A stretch of 64,000 nt of DNA from an uncultured virus (IMG/VR IMGVR_UViG_3300021171_000137) (lineage: Duplodnaviria > Heunggongvirae > Uroviricota > Caudoviricetes): the IMG/VR virus record IMGVR_UViG_3300021171_000137; one strand, given 5' to 3'. The notes beneath the pieces are model-generated. The model did not search any database. It saw only the letters and a list, made by a program, of their open reading frames with translations, and was not told the origin of the DNA. Positions within the stretch are counted from its first letter, which is position 1. Every line of letters starts with the position of its first letter. Made by a program: the position numbers and the translations under genes. Below, piece by piece: positions 19,229 to 29,513 of this stretch.

Positions 19229-19258
19229 TTGACGCCGGTGGCGGTACTGGCGCATGAT
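19229..19258 (+). promoter_or_regulatory. Putative late promoter
   Basis: TTGACG-18bp-CATGAT upstream of the structural operon. Confidence 0.5.
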
Positions 19259-19305
19259 TCCGGCACTTGGGGAACCCGCGCGCCAGCGGCCCCGCCAATC
19301 ACTGT

Positions 19306-19334
19306 AAGCCCGTCCACTTCGGCGGGCTTTTTTT
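19306..19334 (+). terminator. Rho-independent terminator just after the late promoter
   Basis: AAGCCCG...CGGGCTT followed by T-run. Confidence 0.75.
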
Positions 19335-19511
19335 CGCCTGTAGAGAGGGAAACCCAGATGGCCAACGTGCTCACCGGGCTAGGAATGATCGCTCTGGTAG
19401 CTCTCATCTTCTGGGGCGGCATGATGTTTCAGAAGTGGCGCGCCGCGCGCAAGGCGCCGTCAGCACCACCCGCTAAGACCACGCCCTGACCTTCTGGGAG
19501 AACCCATCACC

Positions 19512-20282
19512 ATGAGCCTGAAAGTCGGCGAACAAGCCAATGCCCACGACGGCGCGAGCGCCACCGTGTCCAAACTCACAAGCCTGGCCGAGGCGATGCG
19601 CGCTGCCGGGCACTTCGAATTCAAATGCGTGGGCCCGCGCGAGGAAGATCGCGACCGGTACTGCGTGCTGCGCGACCACATCGCGGCGATCGAGGCGCGG
19701 GACCTCATCGCCCGCACTGCCGCGCGCTGGCTGTGGCTGGGTCGCTTGCGGAGTACGTTCGTCCACTTATTCGGGCTGGACTCGACGCTGGATCGGTTGC
19801 GCGCGGAATTCCTGGCGATCCCGCTCGAAGAAAAGTGGGCCGACGCCGTTGAAAACCTGGTCGTTACGGTCGGAAAGAACCTGGCGCTCGATACCATTCT
19901 GGCCGGCTCTTCCTACACCGTGGTGGGCCCGTACCTGGGCCTCACGGGCGCGACGCCCTCGCCCGCTTCCGGCGACACGATGGTGTCGCATGCGGGGTGG
20001 ACCGAGGTCGGTGGTGGTAACGCCCCGACCTACACGTCGCCGCGAAAGACCATCACGTTTTCATCGGCGGCGTCCGGCTCGAAGGCCTCCACCGGCACTT
20101 ATACCTACGCGATCACCTCGTCCGGCACGGTGGGGGGGGGCTTCCTAGTATTCGGATCGGGCGCGGTGTCCACCATCGATTCGACCGCTGGCACGCTTCT
20201 GTCTTGCGGCGCGTTCACCCAGGGCAACAAGACGGTAGGCAACGGGGACGCAATAACTGCTACCTACACTTTAAGCATGTGA
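19512..20282 (+). CDS. Putative virion structural (fibre/appendage) protein
   Basis: NLVVTVGKN...DTMVSHAGWTE...GDAITATYTLS; Ser/Thr/Gly-rich beta composition. Confidence 0.6.
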   Translation: MSLKVGEQANAHDGASATVSKLTSLAEAMRAAGHFEFKCVGPREEDRDRYCVLRDHIAAIEARDLIARTAARWLWLGRLRSTFVHLFGLDSTLDRLRAEFLAIPLEEKWADAVENLVVTVGKNLALDTILAGSSYTVVGPYLGLTGATPSPASGDTMVSHAGWTEVGGGNAPTYTSPRKTITFSSAASGSKASTGTYTYAITSSGTVGGGFLVFGSGAVSTIDSTAGTLLSCGAFTQGNKTVGNGDAITATYTLSM

Positions 20283-20522
20283 TCGTGGGAGTGTGAACCA
20301 TGGCAACCAAATTCAAAGTGGGCCAGATCGTTCGGCAGATCATGCCGCCGCCGATCCAGGGCACGGTGAGCGCGTTCAAGTTCGACGAGGTCGGCGGCGA
20401 CATTCACGTGCACGTAGCGGTGGCCGCCGAAGACGGCACGCTGCACGATCGCAGCTTTCGCGAAGACCAGCTCGAAATAATCGGCGACCAGGGCGAAGGA
20501 CCGGCCGAGTAAGGGTGAGCAA

Positions 20523-21539
20523 TTGGCCACGTTTTTAGTCGACATAGCCGAGGCCGGGTCGGCTGCGGATTCGGTCAGTGCAACCGTTGCGGATGTGGGG
20601 ACCCTGGCCGAAGCCGGCACCGGTGCCGATGCGCTGGCCGTGACAGCCAGCGTTGTCGCAAACATCGCCGAGGCTGGCGCAAGTAGCGATACGGTGACCG
20701 AAAGTTACGCGGCAACCCTGTCCGAAGCTGGCAGCGGTGCCGATGTCGTAACCGCAAGCGTCGGCGGCAATGTGTCCGAAGCCGCATCGGGTGCGGATGC
20801 GCTGACCGTAACGAGCGTGGTCAACGTCGGCGAGAGCGGCACCCTGGCCGACTTACTTTCTGGCACGGCCCCCTACGCCGCGGATGTGGTCGAAGCGTTC
20901 TCTGGTTCGGACGATTTCGAAGTCGCCATCGGGGCCGATGTGGCCGAAGCCGGGTCGCTGGCTGACGCGGTAACCGGGCTCACGCTCGCGATGCGCACGC
21001 TGACCGAAGCTGGCGCGGCCGCGGATTCGGTGAGCGGCCTGAGCGTCGTGGTCGGCTCAGTGCTCGAGGCCGCGGGCCTAGCCGAAACGGTGAGCGGCAA
21101 CCTTCTGATCGTGCCGGCTATCAGCGAGACATTCGCCGCGCTCGATACCGTCTCGCGCCAAGCCGCCTTTACCGGCTCGCTCGCGGAGGCTGGTTCGGCA
21201 GCCGACACCCTGTCGGCCATCAACCAGGCCGTCGGCACGATCAGCGAGGCTGGTGCGGCGCTCGACACCACCACGGCAACCATCGTGGTCGTAGCGAGCC
21301 TCACCGAGGCGATGAACGCGGTCGCCTCCCTCGGGGGCGGCTATTCGATCAATGTGACGGTTGCCGAGGCCGCGGCGGCGCTCGAGGCCGTCTTCGGCAG
21401 CGCCTTCACCAACCTGACCCTGGCCGAGGCCGGGGCCCTGGCCGACCAGGTCGGCGGGGTTCTGGTGCACTTCGAGTACGGCAACAGTCGCGTCTGGACC
21501 CTGCCGGCACTGCGCCGCTTTTTCCTGGCCAAGCCATGA
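20523..21539 (+). CDS. Acidic repeat fibre-like protein
   Basis: About 16 repeats of (I/L/V)xEAGxxxD at ~16-20 aa spacing. Confidence 0.65.
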   Translation: MATFLVDIAEAGSAADSVSATVADVGTLAEAGTGADALAVTASVVANIAEAGASSDTVTESYAATLSEAGSGADVVTASVGGNVSEAASGADALTVTSVVNVGESGTLADLLSGTAPYAADVVEAFSGSDDFEVAIGADVAEAGSLADAVTGLTLAMRTLTEAGAAADSVSGLSVVVGSVLEAAGLAETVSGNLLIVPAISETFAALDTVSRQAAFTGSLAEAGSAADTLSAINQAVGTISEAGAALDTTTATIVVVASLTEAMNAVASLGGGYSINVTVAEAAAALEAVFGSAFTNLTLAEAGALADQVGGVLVHFEYGNSRVWTLPALRRFFLAKP

Positions 21540-21895
21540 GCCAAATCGTCATCCTGGAAAAACGCACCTACGACGGTTGGCCGTACGACGTCGTCTGCAC
21601 CGAATTGCTGATCCCGTCGACCACGATCGCTCAGGTCAACCAGGTGCTATGCGATCCGGCGTCCGCCGGCCTTGTTTTCGGCTCCCCGGTGGTGAACGTC
21701 GCCACCAACACCTACCCGGATGGCACCGTGGCCCCGCCCGGTACTGCGATTCAGGTCCATATCAGCGGTGGGGTGCTGCCGCCGCTGCTCACGGCGCTGA
21801 TGGTGACCATCCGGGCCCAGTTCACCGACAGCCTGGGCAACCAAGCCGAGGCCACGGCGCTTTTGAATCTCACCAACGACGTACAGGCGGTGTGA
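21536..21895 (+). CDS. Putative fibre adaptor protein
   Basis: Coupled to fibre-like gene; beta-rich, QVHISGG motif. Confidence 0.5.
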   Translation: MSQIVILEKRTYDGWPYDVVCTELLIPSTTIAQVNQVLCDPASAGLVFGSPVVNVATNTYPDGTVAPPGTAIQVHISGGVLPPLLTALMVTIRAQFTDSLGNQAEATALLNLTNDVQAV

Positions 21896-22228
21896 AGATG
21901 TCCAACCTGTCTGAAATTCGCAAATTGCGCCAGGAAATCGCCCAATTGCGCGAAGAAGTGCGCCAGCTCGCCGCCCGTCCGGTCGGTGTTCAGGTGGTGC
22001 CCGTATGGGTGCCTACGTTGCCGCCCGTATGGCCAAGCCCTTACACGCCTTATGACCCGCTGCGCCCGTACTGCGCGCCACCGGCTGTCGCCTCGCCCCA
22101 CATCGGCCCCGATGTGCTCAGTTCAGCTGGACCGCGGGCCCTGTTCTGGGACCGGTCGGCGCTGGCCGGCGGTTGCCAGCCTAGTTGCGGAACGTTCACC
22201 GTCCCTTAAAAACCTCTTCCCCTACCAG

Positions 22229-22447
22229 ATGCCACTGCGCTGCGTTGGCTGTGGCCACTCCTTTGCGTCCGGCGAGGCCTTCGACCTTCACGCTACCGGG
22301 GTTCGGCGCGCTCCGCGCAATGCGCCAAAGCGCTGCCGCAGCACAGAAGAGATGCGCGACCTCGGCATGAACATGAGTTCGCAGCACACGTGGCGCTTGA
22401 AGGTACCGCGCAGCAGTCGCAACGAGCGAAGCATCCAGACGCCATGA
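22229..22447 (+). CDS. Small Zn-binding phage protein (CxxC...FDxH)
   Basis: CVGCGHSF...FDLH...RC. Confidence 0.55.
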   Translation: MPLRCVGCGHSFASGEAFDLHATGVRRAPRNAPKRCRSTEEMRDLGMNMSSQHTWRLKVPRSSRNERSIQTP

Positions 22448-23142
22448 ACATGATGTCCGACCCCACTAACTCGCAGCTTGCCGGCGCTCTCGACGGCAAC
22501 GGCGCTGCCCGTAAATCCATCGACTGGGAGCGCGTCGAAATCGATTTTCGCGCTGGTTTCAAGACCTTACGCGAGATTGCCGGTCAGCACGGCATCACCC
22601 ACGCCGCGATTCAGAAGCGCGCCAAGCGTGACGGCTGGGACCGCGACCTTCAGGGGCGCATCCACGCCAAGGCCGCCGCGCTGGTAGCCAAACAGTCAGT
22701 AGCCAAGCCGGGTAGCCAAGTCAGCAAGGCTACCGAGCGCGAGGTTGTCAGCGCCGAAGCCGCCATCATCGCCCAGGTCCAGACCGGCCGGCGCGCCATG
22801 GTCGAACGCCTGCGCAGCGCCGCGACCAAGCTCGTTGCCGAAATGGAGGGCATGGATGCCAACGCGTCGACCGCCCTGCTGGGCCAGCTGCGCGACCTGG
22901 CCGAAAAGATCGAGGATCCGAACGCCCGCCGCGGTACCTTGAACCAGATTTCCGACGTCGAAAACGCCGTGACGCTCGAGGCGCGAATCACCATGTTCAA
23001 CAAGCTGATGTCCAGTGCCGGGGCCCTGCTACTCGCCGAGGCCGACGTTTACGGGTTGTCGAAGGATGCGCCGGCCGGGTCCGTGCCGGCGGGTCTGTCC
23101 CTCTTCTACCCGGAGCCGGAATCACCCGGCGCGCCATCATGA
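22444..23142 (+). CDS. Terminase small subunit
   Basis: IDWERVEIDFRAG..TLREIA..HGI...AIQKRAKRDGW HTH; lies upstream of TerL. Confidence 0.8.
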   Translation: MNMMSDPTNSQLAGALDGNGAARKSIDWERVEIDFRAGFKTLREIAGQHGITHAAIQKRAKRDGWDRDLQGRIHAKAAALVAKQSVAKPGSQVSKATEREVVSAEAAIIAQVQTGRRAMVERLRSAATKLVAEMEGMDANASTALLGQLRDLAEKIEDPNARRGTLNQISDVENAVTLEARITMFNKLMSSAGALLLAEADVYGLSKDAPAGSVPAGLSLFYPEPESPGAPS

Positions 23143-23406
23143 GAACGCTGAAGATCGTTTTCTGGGTCCAAGACGCCGAAACGGGGGCGCTTCTGCAAGA
23201 CGGGCAGCGCGACGCCTTGTCGCCGCCGCGGCTGTACTTCCCGCTGGAGTTGCCAGATCCGCCGGACCGCCGCGACTTGTGCGATCGAATCGAAGCCGTG
23301 TCCGTCTTGATACGCAAGGCGATCGAAATGAAACTGATCCGGGCACAGGTCATCACGCGCCTGGAGGATCATCTGAAGGCGGAAATTTCCGCCCGGTTCG
23401 GGAAAG

Positions 23407-24849
23407 ATGCCGTTCGATCGGCGCCCGCGGCTCAATCCCGTACTTAAACCGTTCTGGGACCAGAACACCGATCCGGCCACCGGCAAGCAGATTCGGATCC
23501 GGGTCCTGTACGGCGGCCGCGCCTCGAGCAAGACCTGGGACGCGTGCGGGCGCCTGATCTACATGGCCGACAACGCGCGCCTGCGGGTGTGCTGTTGCCG
23601 GCAGTTCCAGAACAAGCTCTCCGAGTCCGTTCAGCCGGTGCTGGTCGACACCATCGACCGGTTCGGCTTGGGGCGCCGGTTCATCGCGCACGAAGCCAAG
23701 ATCGTCAACAAGGCCACCAAGTCGGAATTCCTCTTCTACGGCATCTGGCGCCAGATTCGGGAAATCAAGGGCCTCGAGGGCATTGACGTCTTCCTTATCG
23801 AGGAAGCCGAGGCGCTGACAGAGGAACAGTGGCTCGTGATCGAGGCCACCGCGCGCAAACGCGGCGCCCAGCTCTGGATCATCTTCAATCCGTACCTAGC
23901 GACCGATTTCGTCTACCAGCATTTCGTGCTGAACCCGCCCCCCCGAACGATCGTTCGGCTGATCAATTACGAGGAAAACCCGTTCCTGGCGCCGGACTTC
24001 CTCGAAACGATCATCGAACTGAAGGCGCGCGATTTCGAGGAATACCAGCACATTTACCTTGGCGTGCCGAAGACGGACGAAGAATCGTCCGTGATCAAGC
24101 GGTCCTGGCTGATGGCCGCGGTCGATGCGCACTTGGCGCTGAACGTAGAGCCGAAGGGAGCGCGCCGGATCGGGTTCGACGTAGCCGACGAAGGCAAGGA
24201 TCTGAACGCCCAAGTCTTCGGGCATGGGCCGCTCGTTTCGTGGTCCGAGCAGTGGAAAGGCGGCGAAGACGAACTGCTGAAGTCCTGCACGCGCGTGTAC
24301 CGCGAGGCTACGAACCGCGGTGCCCATATCGTGTACGACTCGATCGGCGTGGGCGCCATGGCGGGCGCGAAATTCGGCGAGTTGAACTTGGCAAATCATT
24401 TGCACCCGCCAGCGCTCGAGCCGGACTATGCGAAATTCATCACGTACTCGAAGTTCAACGCGGGTGCCGGGGTCTGGCGCCCGGATGCGAAATACGCCAG
24501 AACGACCACGCAGAACAAAGACCAGTTCGCGAATCTGAAGGCTCAGACCTGGTGGCTGGTCGCTGATCGCTGCCGCAACACGTACAACGCGGTGCGCAAG
24601 GCCGAAAAATTCAAGGAAGACGAAATCATTTCGTTCGCTTCCGATACTCCGAACCTGCAAAAACTGATCGCCGAACTATCTACGCCGAAGCGAGACTTCG
24701 ATCAAAACGGACGAGTCAAGGTGGAATCAAAGAAGGATCTGCTGAAGCGCGAAGTGCCATCGCCGAATCTGGCGGACGCGTGCGTCAGCATCTTCGCCCC
24801 TGGCCTGGATCCGATGCGCATTTCCGCCGCGGCGATCGCAGGCGCGTAA
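23407..24849 (+). CDS. terL: Terminase large subunit (PBSX-like)
   Basis: YGGRASSKT, CRQFQN, IEEAE, IFNP, GFDVAD, SPNLADA motifs. Confidence 0.93.
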   Translation: MPFDRRPRLNPVLKPFWDQNTDPATGKQIRIRVLYGGRASSKTWDACGRLIYMADNARLRVCCCRQFQNKLSESVQPVLVDTIDRFGLGRRFIAHEAKIVNKATKSEFLFYGIWRQIREIKGLEGIDVFLIEEAEALTEEQWLVIEATARKRGAQLWIIFNPYLATDFVYQHFVLNPPPRTIVRLINYEENPFLAPDFLETIIELKARDFEEYQHIYLGVPKTDEESSVIKRSWLMAAVDAHLALNVEPKGARRIGFDVADEGKDLNAQVFGHGPLVSWSEQWKGGEDELLKSCTRVYREATNRGAHIVYDSIGVGAMAGAKFGELNLANHLHPPALEPDYAKFITYSKFNAGAGVWRPDAKYARTTTQNKDQFANLKAQTWWLVADRCRNTYNAVRKAEKFKEDEIISFASDTPNLQKLIAELSTPKRDFDQNGRVKVESKKDLLKREVPSPNLADACVSIFAPGLDPMRISAAAIAGA

Positions 24850-27843
24850 ATGAACTGGCTCGCGAAGGTTGCCGCGCTGGCGCGTGGCTGGCACCTCTCT
24901 CCCCCCTCGAAAGGCCCTGCGCCAGCCTCGTCCGCACTGGAAACGGTCGCCAGCGCGGCACCCCTCGGCACGCCGAACCGGCGTGCCCCGATGAGGATCA
25001 GCGACGAGGCCTTGGCCGCGGCTGGGCCGACTTCCGCCGGCACGAAATGGGAAACGGCTGACCCTCACCCGGGTGTGATTCCGAGCAAGCTAAAGCTCGC
25101 GATGGACTCGGACATGTCATCCACGTTCGACTGGATGACGAACAGCCGCTTTAGCGAGGGGATGACCTTCTTCGGTTACCCGTACTTGGCCGAACTGACC
25201 CAGCGGGCCGAATACCGCCGTCCGTCGGAAATCATCGCCAAGGCGATGACGATGAAATGGATCAAGTTCACCGCCACGGGAGAACAAAACAAAGACGACA
25301 AGATCGACGTGATCGAGGCCGAATTCAAGCGGCTCAAGGTGCAGGACCGGCTTTGCACGATGTCCGAGCATGACGGGTTTTTCGGCCGTGGGCAGCTGTT
25401 CCTAGACATGTTCGGGGTCGACGTGGAGGTCGACCGCACTGAACTGGCGATGCCGTTGCTCGATGTGAGGTCCAAGATCGGCAGAGGTATTCAGCAACTC
25501 GTTCCGGTCGAAGCGATGTGGACGTATCCGAATCGCTACAACAGCCAAAATCCGCTCAAACCGGACTTCTTCAAGGCGACCAGCTGGTATGTGATGGGCA
25601 CGGAAGTGCACGCCAGCCGAATGCTGACGTTGGTAAGCCGGCCGGTGCCGGACATGCTCAAACCGGTGTACGGGTTCGGGGGCCTGTCGCTCACGCAGAT
25701 CATGAAGCCGTACGTGGACAACTGGCTGCGCACGCGGCAGTCGGTGTCGGACCTGATCCACAATTTTTCCGTGATGGCGCTCAAGACGGACCTGACCGAC
25801 ATCATGAATGCGGGCGCCGGCACGCAGATGTTCAATCGAGCAGACCTTTTCAATCGGGCGCGCGATAACCGCAGCTTGTTCATGCTCAATAAGGACACTG
25901 AAGAACTCGACAACATCAGTGTTCCGCTGGGTACTCTGGATGCATTGCAGGCGCAGTCACAGGAACACCAGGCTGCGGTGACCGGCATCCCGCTCATCAT
26001 CATGTTCGGCATCACGCCCAAGGGCCTGAATGCGACGGCTGAGCCGGAACTGAAGACGTTCGGGCGCAATGTCCTGAGCTGGCAGCAATCGCTGTATACG
26101 CCGCCGATCACGCGAATTCTGAACATCGTTCAGCTTGCGAAGTTCGGTGAAATCGATCCTGAAATCGGTTTCAAGTACGAACCGTTGACGGACGACGATA
26201 TGAAGATCCTGGCCGAAACCCGCAAGGTGGAGGCCGACACCGACGAAGTGATGATCAATTCCGGCGTCATTTCGCCGGCTGAGGCGCGCAACCGGGTGGC
26301 CCAGCAGGAAGACTCGCCCTATTCCGGGCTGGACGTGAGCATGGTGCCCGAACCGCCTGGCGAGGAAGGGATGGGCCTGCCTGGCCTGGGTCCGGAGGGC
26401 GAGCCTGGACCCGAACAGCCGCCGAATCCGAACGCGGGCGCGGTGCCGCCCCCCAATGGAGCACGGCCGCCGGGCGCGCGCCCTAATGGCGCCGTGCCGG
26501 CCCACGATGAAAAGTGGATCACCGTACACGGCGGCAAAGAAGGCGGTGGCCAGCCGGTGCTGATCACCGAAGGCGGGGTGGTCAAGGGTGGCGCGGGCGG
26601 CAGCATGAACGGGATGGTGCTGCGCAAAGCCGGCAAGGAAGGCGCGGGCGAGGCGCCCAAGCCTGAGCATTCGGCCAAGCTCGAGGGGTTGCTGAAGTCT
26701 TTGCAGAACCGCAACCGCTCGAGCGCGGCGAGCATCAACCAGATGTCCAAGATCGCGGCCAACCCGAACCCGCGCCTACTGATGGCAGCGCCCACGATGG
26801 CCGACGGCGCGCCCGTGGTGGCCGATCTTCACGGTCGCGGGATTGCCGTGGCCACCGGCCACCGGGACATCATCGTGACGCCAAAGCGCGAACTGGGCGT
26901 TCGTTACGCGGTGGTCGAAGCCGATCAGATATCCACGTCCAACAGCGCTGACGGCGTGAAGAACGCCGACTACGCCAAAGACCCTGACAAGATGGTCGCG
27001 ATCAATAACGGCCGCACGGCCGGCGTCATCGAGGCCTACAAGAAAGGCACCGCGGATGCCTACAAGGCGGCGATCGCCGCGGGCGCCAAGGTGCACGGGA
27101 TCCCGGGCAAGACGATCCGCGCGATGAAATCGCCGGTACTGGTCCGGGTCATGGATGCAGACGACGTGTCCGAGGGCATAGCAGACGAGTCGAACACGAC
27201 GCAGACCTTGACGCTGTCGGCGGTGGAGCAGGCCCGAAACGACGCGGATCGGTTCGATGCGTCCCAGATCGATTACGACGATGATGGGCAGCCGTCCGAG
27301 GCCTCAGTGCGCGGTTTCATACAGACGATGCCGGCCTCGGAACAGCAGTCGCTTGCGCCGAACGGGCGCCCTACCCGCCAGGCGATAGACCGGATGCACG
27401 CGGCGACCTTCCACGCTGCTTACGGCGATTCGGAACTGGTCGGGCTGATGGCTCAGGCGACCGACCCGGAATCCAGAACCCTGATCGCCGGCATGAGCCG
27501 CGCGGCCGGCTCGATGGCCAAGCTGAAAGACGCGGGCGAACTGGACATCCGCGAACTGGTCACCGGTGCTGCCAAGCAAATCATCAACGCGGTGCGCTCC
27601 GGCGTGTCAGTGAAGAAGTTCCTGAAACAGGGCGATCTACTCACGAACAGCGCCGAAGGCGCCATCGCCAGCATGATGGCGGAGAACATTCGCAGCGGTA
27701 AGGCGATCGGCGAACGCTTGGGATCGGCGGCCGATTTCGCTTTCCAGGAATCTCAACGAGGCGGCATCGACATTTTCGGGGAGCAGATCCCGACCGCGAG
27801 CCGCGAAGACGTACTGAAGGGGATTGGTCATGCTGAGCCCTGA
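24850..27843 (+). CDS. DUF1073-type portal protein fused to a C-terminal DdrB/ParB-like payload
   Basis: Portal motifs FFGYPYLAELTQRAEYR and FGITPKGLNAT; Pro/Gly linker; then LQNRNR...GAPVV...YAVVEAD...NGRT...MKSPVLVRV. Confidence 0.85.
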   Translation: MNWLAKVAALARGWHLSPPSKGPAPASSALETVASAAPLGTPNRRAPMRISDEALAAAGPTSAGTKWETADPHPGVIPSKLKLAMDSDMSSTFDWMTNSRFSEGMTFFGYPYLAELTQRAEYRRPSEIIAKAMTMKWIKFTATGEQNKDDKIDVIEAEFKRLKVQDRLCTMSEHDGFFGRGQLFLDMFGVDVEVDRTELAMPLLDVRSKIGRGIQQLVPVEAMWTYPNRYNSQNPLKPDFFKATSWYVMGTEVHASRMLTLVSRPVPDMLKPVYGFGGLSLTQIMKPYVDNWLRTRQSVSDLIHNFSVMALKTDLTDIMNAGAGTQMFNRADLFNRARDNRSLFMLNKDTEELDNISVPLGTLDALQAQSQEHQAAVTGIPLIIMFGITPKGLNATAEPELKTFGRNVLSWQQSLYTPPITRILNIVQLAKFGEIDPEIGFKYEPLTDDDMKILAETRKVEADTDEVMINSGVISPAEARNRVAQQEDSPYSGLDVSMVPEPPGEEGMGLPGLGPEGEPGPEQPPNPNAGAVPPPNGARPPGARPNGAVPAHDEKWITVHGGKEGGGQPVLITEGGVVKGGAGGSMNGMVLRKAGKEGAGEAPKPEHSAKLEGLLKSLQNRNRSSAASINQMSKIAANPNPRLLMAAPTMADGAPVVADLHGRGIAVATGHRDIIVTPKRELGVRYAVVEADQISTSNSADGVKNADYAKDPDKMVAINNGRTAGVIEAYKKGTADAYKAAIAAGAKVHGIPGKTIRAMKSPVLVRVMDADDVSEGIADESNTTQTLTLSAVEQARNDADRFDASQIDYDDDGQPSEASVRGFIQTMPASEQQSLAPNGRPTRQAIDRMHAATFHAAYGDSELVGLMAQATDPESRTLIAGMSRAAGSMAKLKDAGELDIRELVTGAAKQIINAVRSGVSVKKFLKQGDLLTNSAEGAIASMMAENIRSGKAIGERLGSAADFAFQESQRGGIDIFGEQIPTASREDVLKGIGHAEP

Positions 27844-28003
27844 TGCGAAAGCGATCTGGAAATCCCCGGCTGGCGGGAACTTGGTGCGCGCGATGCTGGG
27901 ATTGAAACCGTGGGAGGAAGAGGATCGGCAGACGGCGCGCGAACTGGCCAAGCTAAGCATTCCGGAAGATGACGATGGCGAAGGCGGCGAAGACGACGAT
28001 TAA
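27830..28003 (+). CDS. 57-aa protein with acidic tail (not in the ORF track)
   Basis: ATG 27830 overlaps portal end; MLSPDAKAIWKSPAGG...EDDDGEGGEDDD, stop TAA 28001-28003. Confidence 0.5.
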   Translation: MLSPDAKAIWKSPAGGNLVRAMLGLKPWEEEDRQTARELAKLSIPEDDDGEGGEDDD

Positions 28004-28850
28004 AGTCGCCGCGCCTATCCACCCCAACGTTGGCCTCGAGGTCGAATACCGGCGCCGGCTGCTATTGCTGATTGCCCAGATGCACAACAGCGTCGTGCAC
28101 TGGCTCACCGCCGCGTATCGGGCGCACACGCCGCGCATGGCGCAGGACGACGCCCCATCGGTCATCCTGCGCCGGATCATCCGGGCTCTGGCCAAGCGCT
28201 GGCAGCAACGGTTCGATGAACTGGCCCCGGACCTAGCCGAGTATTTCGCGACCAAGGTTAGCGAGCGCACCGACGCGGCGCTGAAGGCGATTCTGGCAAA
28301 GCACGCTTTTTCTGTGCGGTTGCGCACAACGCCGCTCACCCGCGACGTCTGGCAAGCGACCACGGGCGAGAACGTGTCCCTGATCAAATCGATCCCGCAG
28401 CGCTACTTCACAGACATCGAAACCGAGGTCATGCGATCGGCCGCGGTAGGGCGCGACCTTGCGGCGCTGACCGACTACCTGGGGCCGAAGGTGAACCTGG
28501 CGCGTATCGGCCTGGGTCGCAAGCCCGGCGAGTCTAACAAGTCACTCTCGGCACGCACCGAACGCCGGGCCGCTCTGATCGCACGGGACCAGAACAACAA
28601 GGCGACCGCGACGCGTATCCGCGTGCGGCAGCATGAACTGGGGATCACCGAAGCGATCTGGGTGCACAGCGGCGGCGGACGCGAGCCGCGCCCGGATCAT
28701 GTCGCGTGGGGCGCAGCGCGAAAACGCTACAAGATCAGTGAAGGCATGTGGTCCGAGAAGGAACAGCAGTACATCTTTCCGGGCGAGTTGATCAATTGCC
28801 GGTGTGTCAGCCGGTCCGTGATTCCGGGACTCGGTCGAATGGAGTCGTAA
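27969..28850 (+). CDS. Phage head morphogenesis protein (MuF/SPP1 gp7-like)
   Basis: RAALIARDQNNK, WVHS...PRPDH, PGELINCRC. Confidence 0.88.
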   Translation: MTMAKAAKTTIKVAAPIHPNVGLEVEYRRRLLLLIAQMHNSVVHWLTAAYRAHTPRMAQDDAPSVILRRIIRALAKRWQQRFDELAPDLAEYFATKVSERTDAALKAILAKHAFSVRLRTTPLTRDVWQATTGENVSLIKSIPQRYFTDIETEVMRSAAVGRDLAALTDYLGPKVNLARIGLGRKPGESNKSLSARTERRAALIARDQNNKATATRIRVRQHELGITEAIWVHSGGGREPRPDHVAWGAARKRYKISEGMWSEKEQQYIFPGELINCRCVSRSVIPGLGRMES

Positions 28851-29513
28851 ATTGGGAAAGCGCGAAATTAGTCCAGCTTTGATGATGATGTCCGCAATGG
28901 GAGCATTCGCGAATCTCGGTCAGCGCTCCATTCCAGCGCGCTCAGTGGCGCTTGATGACAAGCGCGGCCGATCCTATCCGCACCATGGCGAGCGTGAACG
29001 CGCCCGCCACCTTCGCCACATTGCTGCCGGTCGGACTCAGCCTAGCCAAATTAGGGCTGCGGGCGATGGCTGAGCGCGTTCGCCACTGGGGCCCGGATGA
29101 TAATGGTGAGCAGGCGTGCACCCGCTGCCGCCAGCCGGTCCAGATAGTGGCTTTGCCGGGGCACGTGAACAGCTGGTGTGCCTGCACGCTGCGCACGTTC
29201 GTGCAACCGAAGGCGCCCCCGATCCTGATCCAGCTGCGCACCGTCCCGATCGCCAAGCTGATTGCAGCCGTGGCCATAAGACGTACCGTGCGGGATCCGC
29301 GCCAGTCGCCAGCCGACGCTCTGGATGCGCTCTGGAGGTGAGCGGGGCATACTTACCGCCGGTGAACCTTTTCTTGCGACTGCTGGGGTTCAGGAAGTGC
29401 CACGGATGCTCGAGGACCATCTGGTATGAGCGTTTGTGCCCGGAGTGCGATGCCGCGCTCATGAAGCGGGTGCGCAAACTCATCGAGGGTCAGCGATCAA
29501 TGGAGCGGCAAAA

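Noticed and set aside
24850..26400. Anti-CBASS (Acb1) function for the portal domain
   Set aside because: DUF1073 portals are sometimes labelled that way because of fusions, but no paired HxT phosphoesterase motifs are evident; the fused domain here looks ParB-like.
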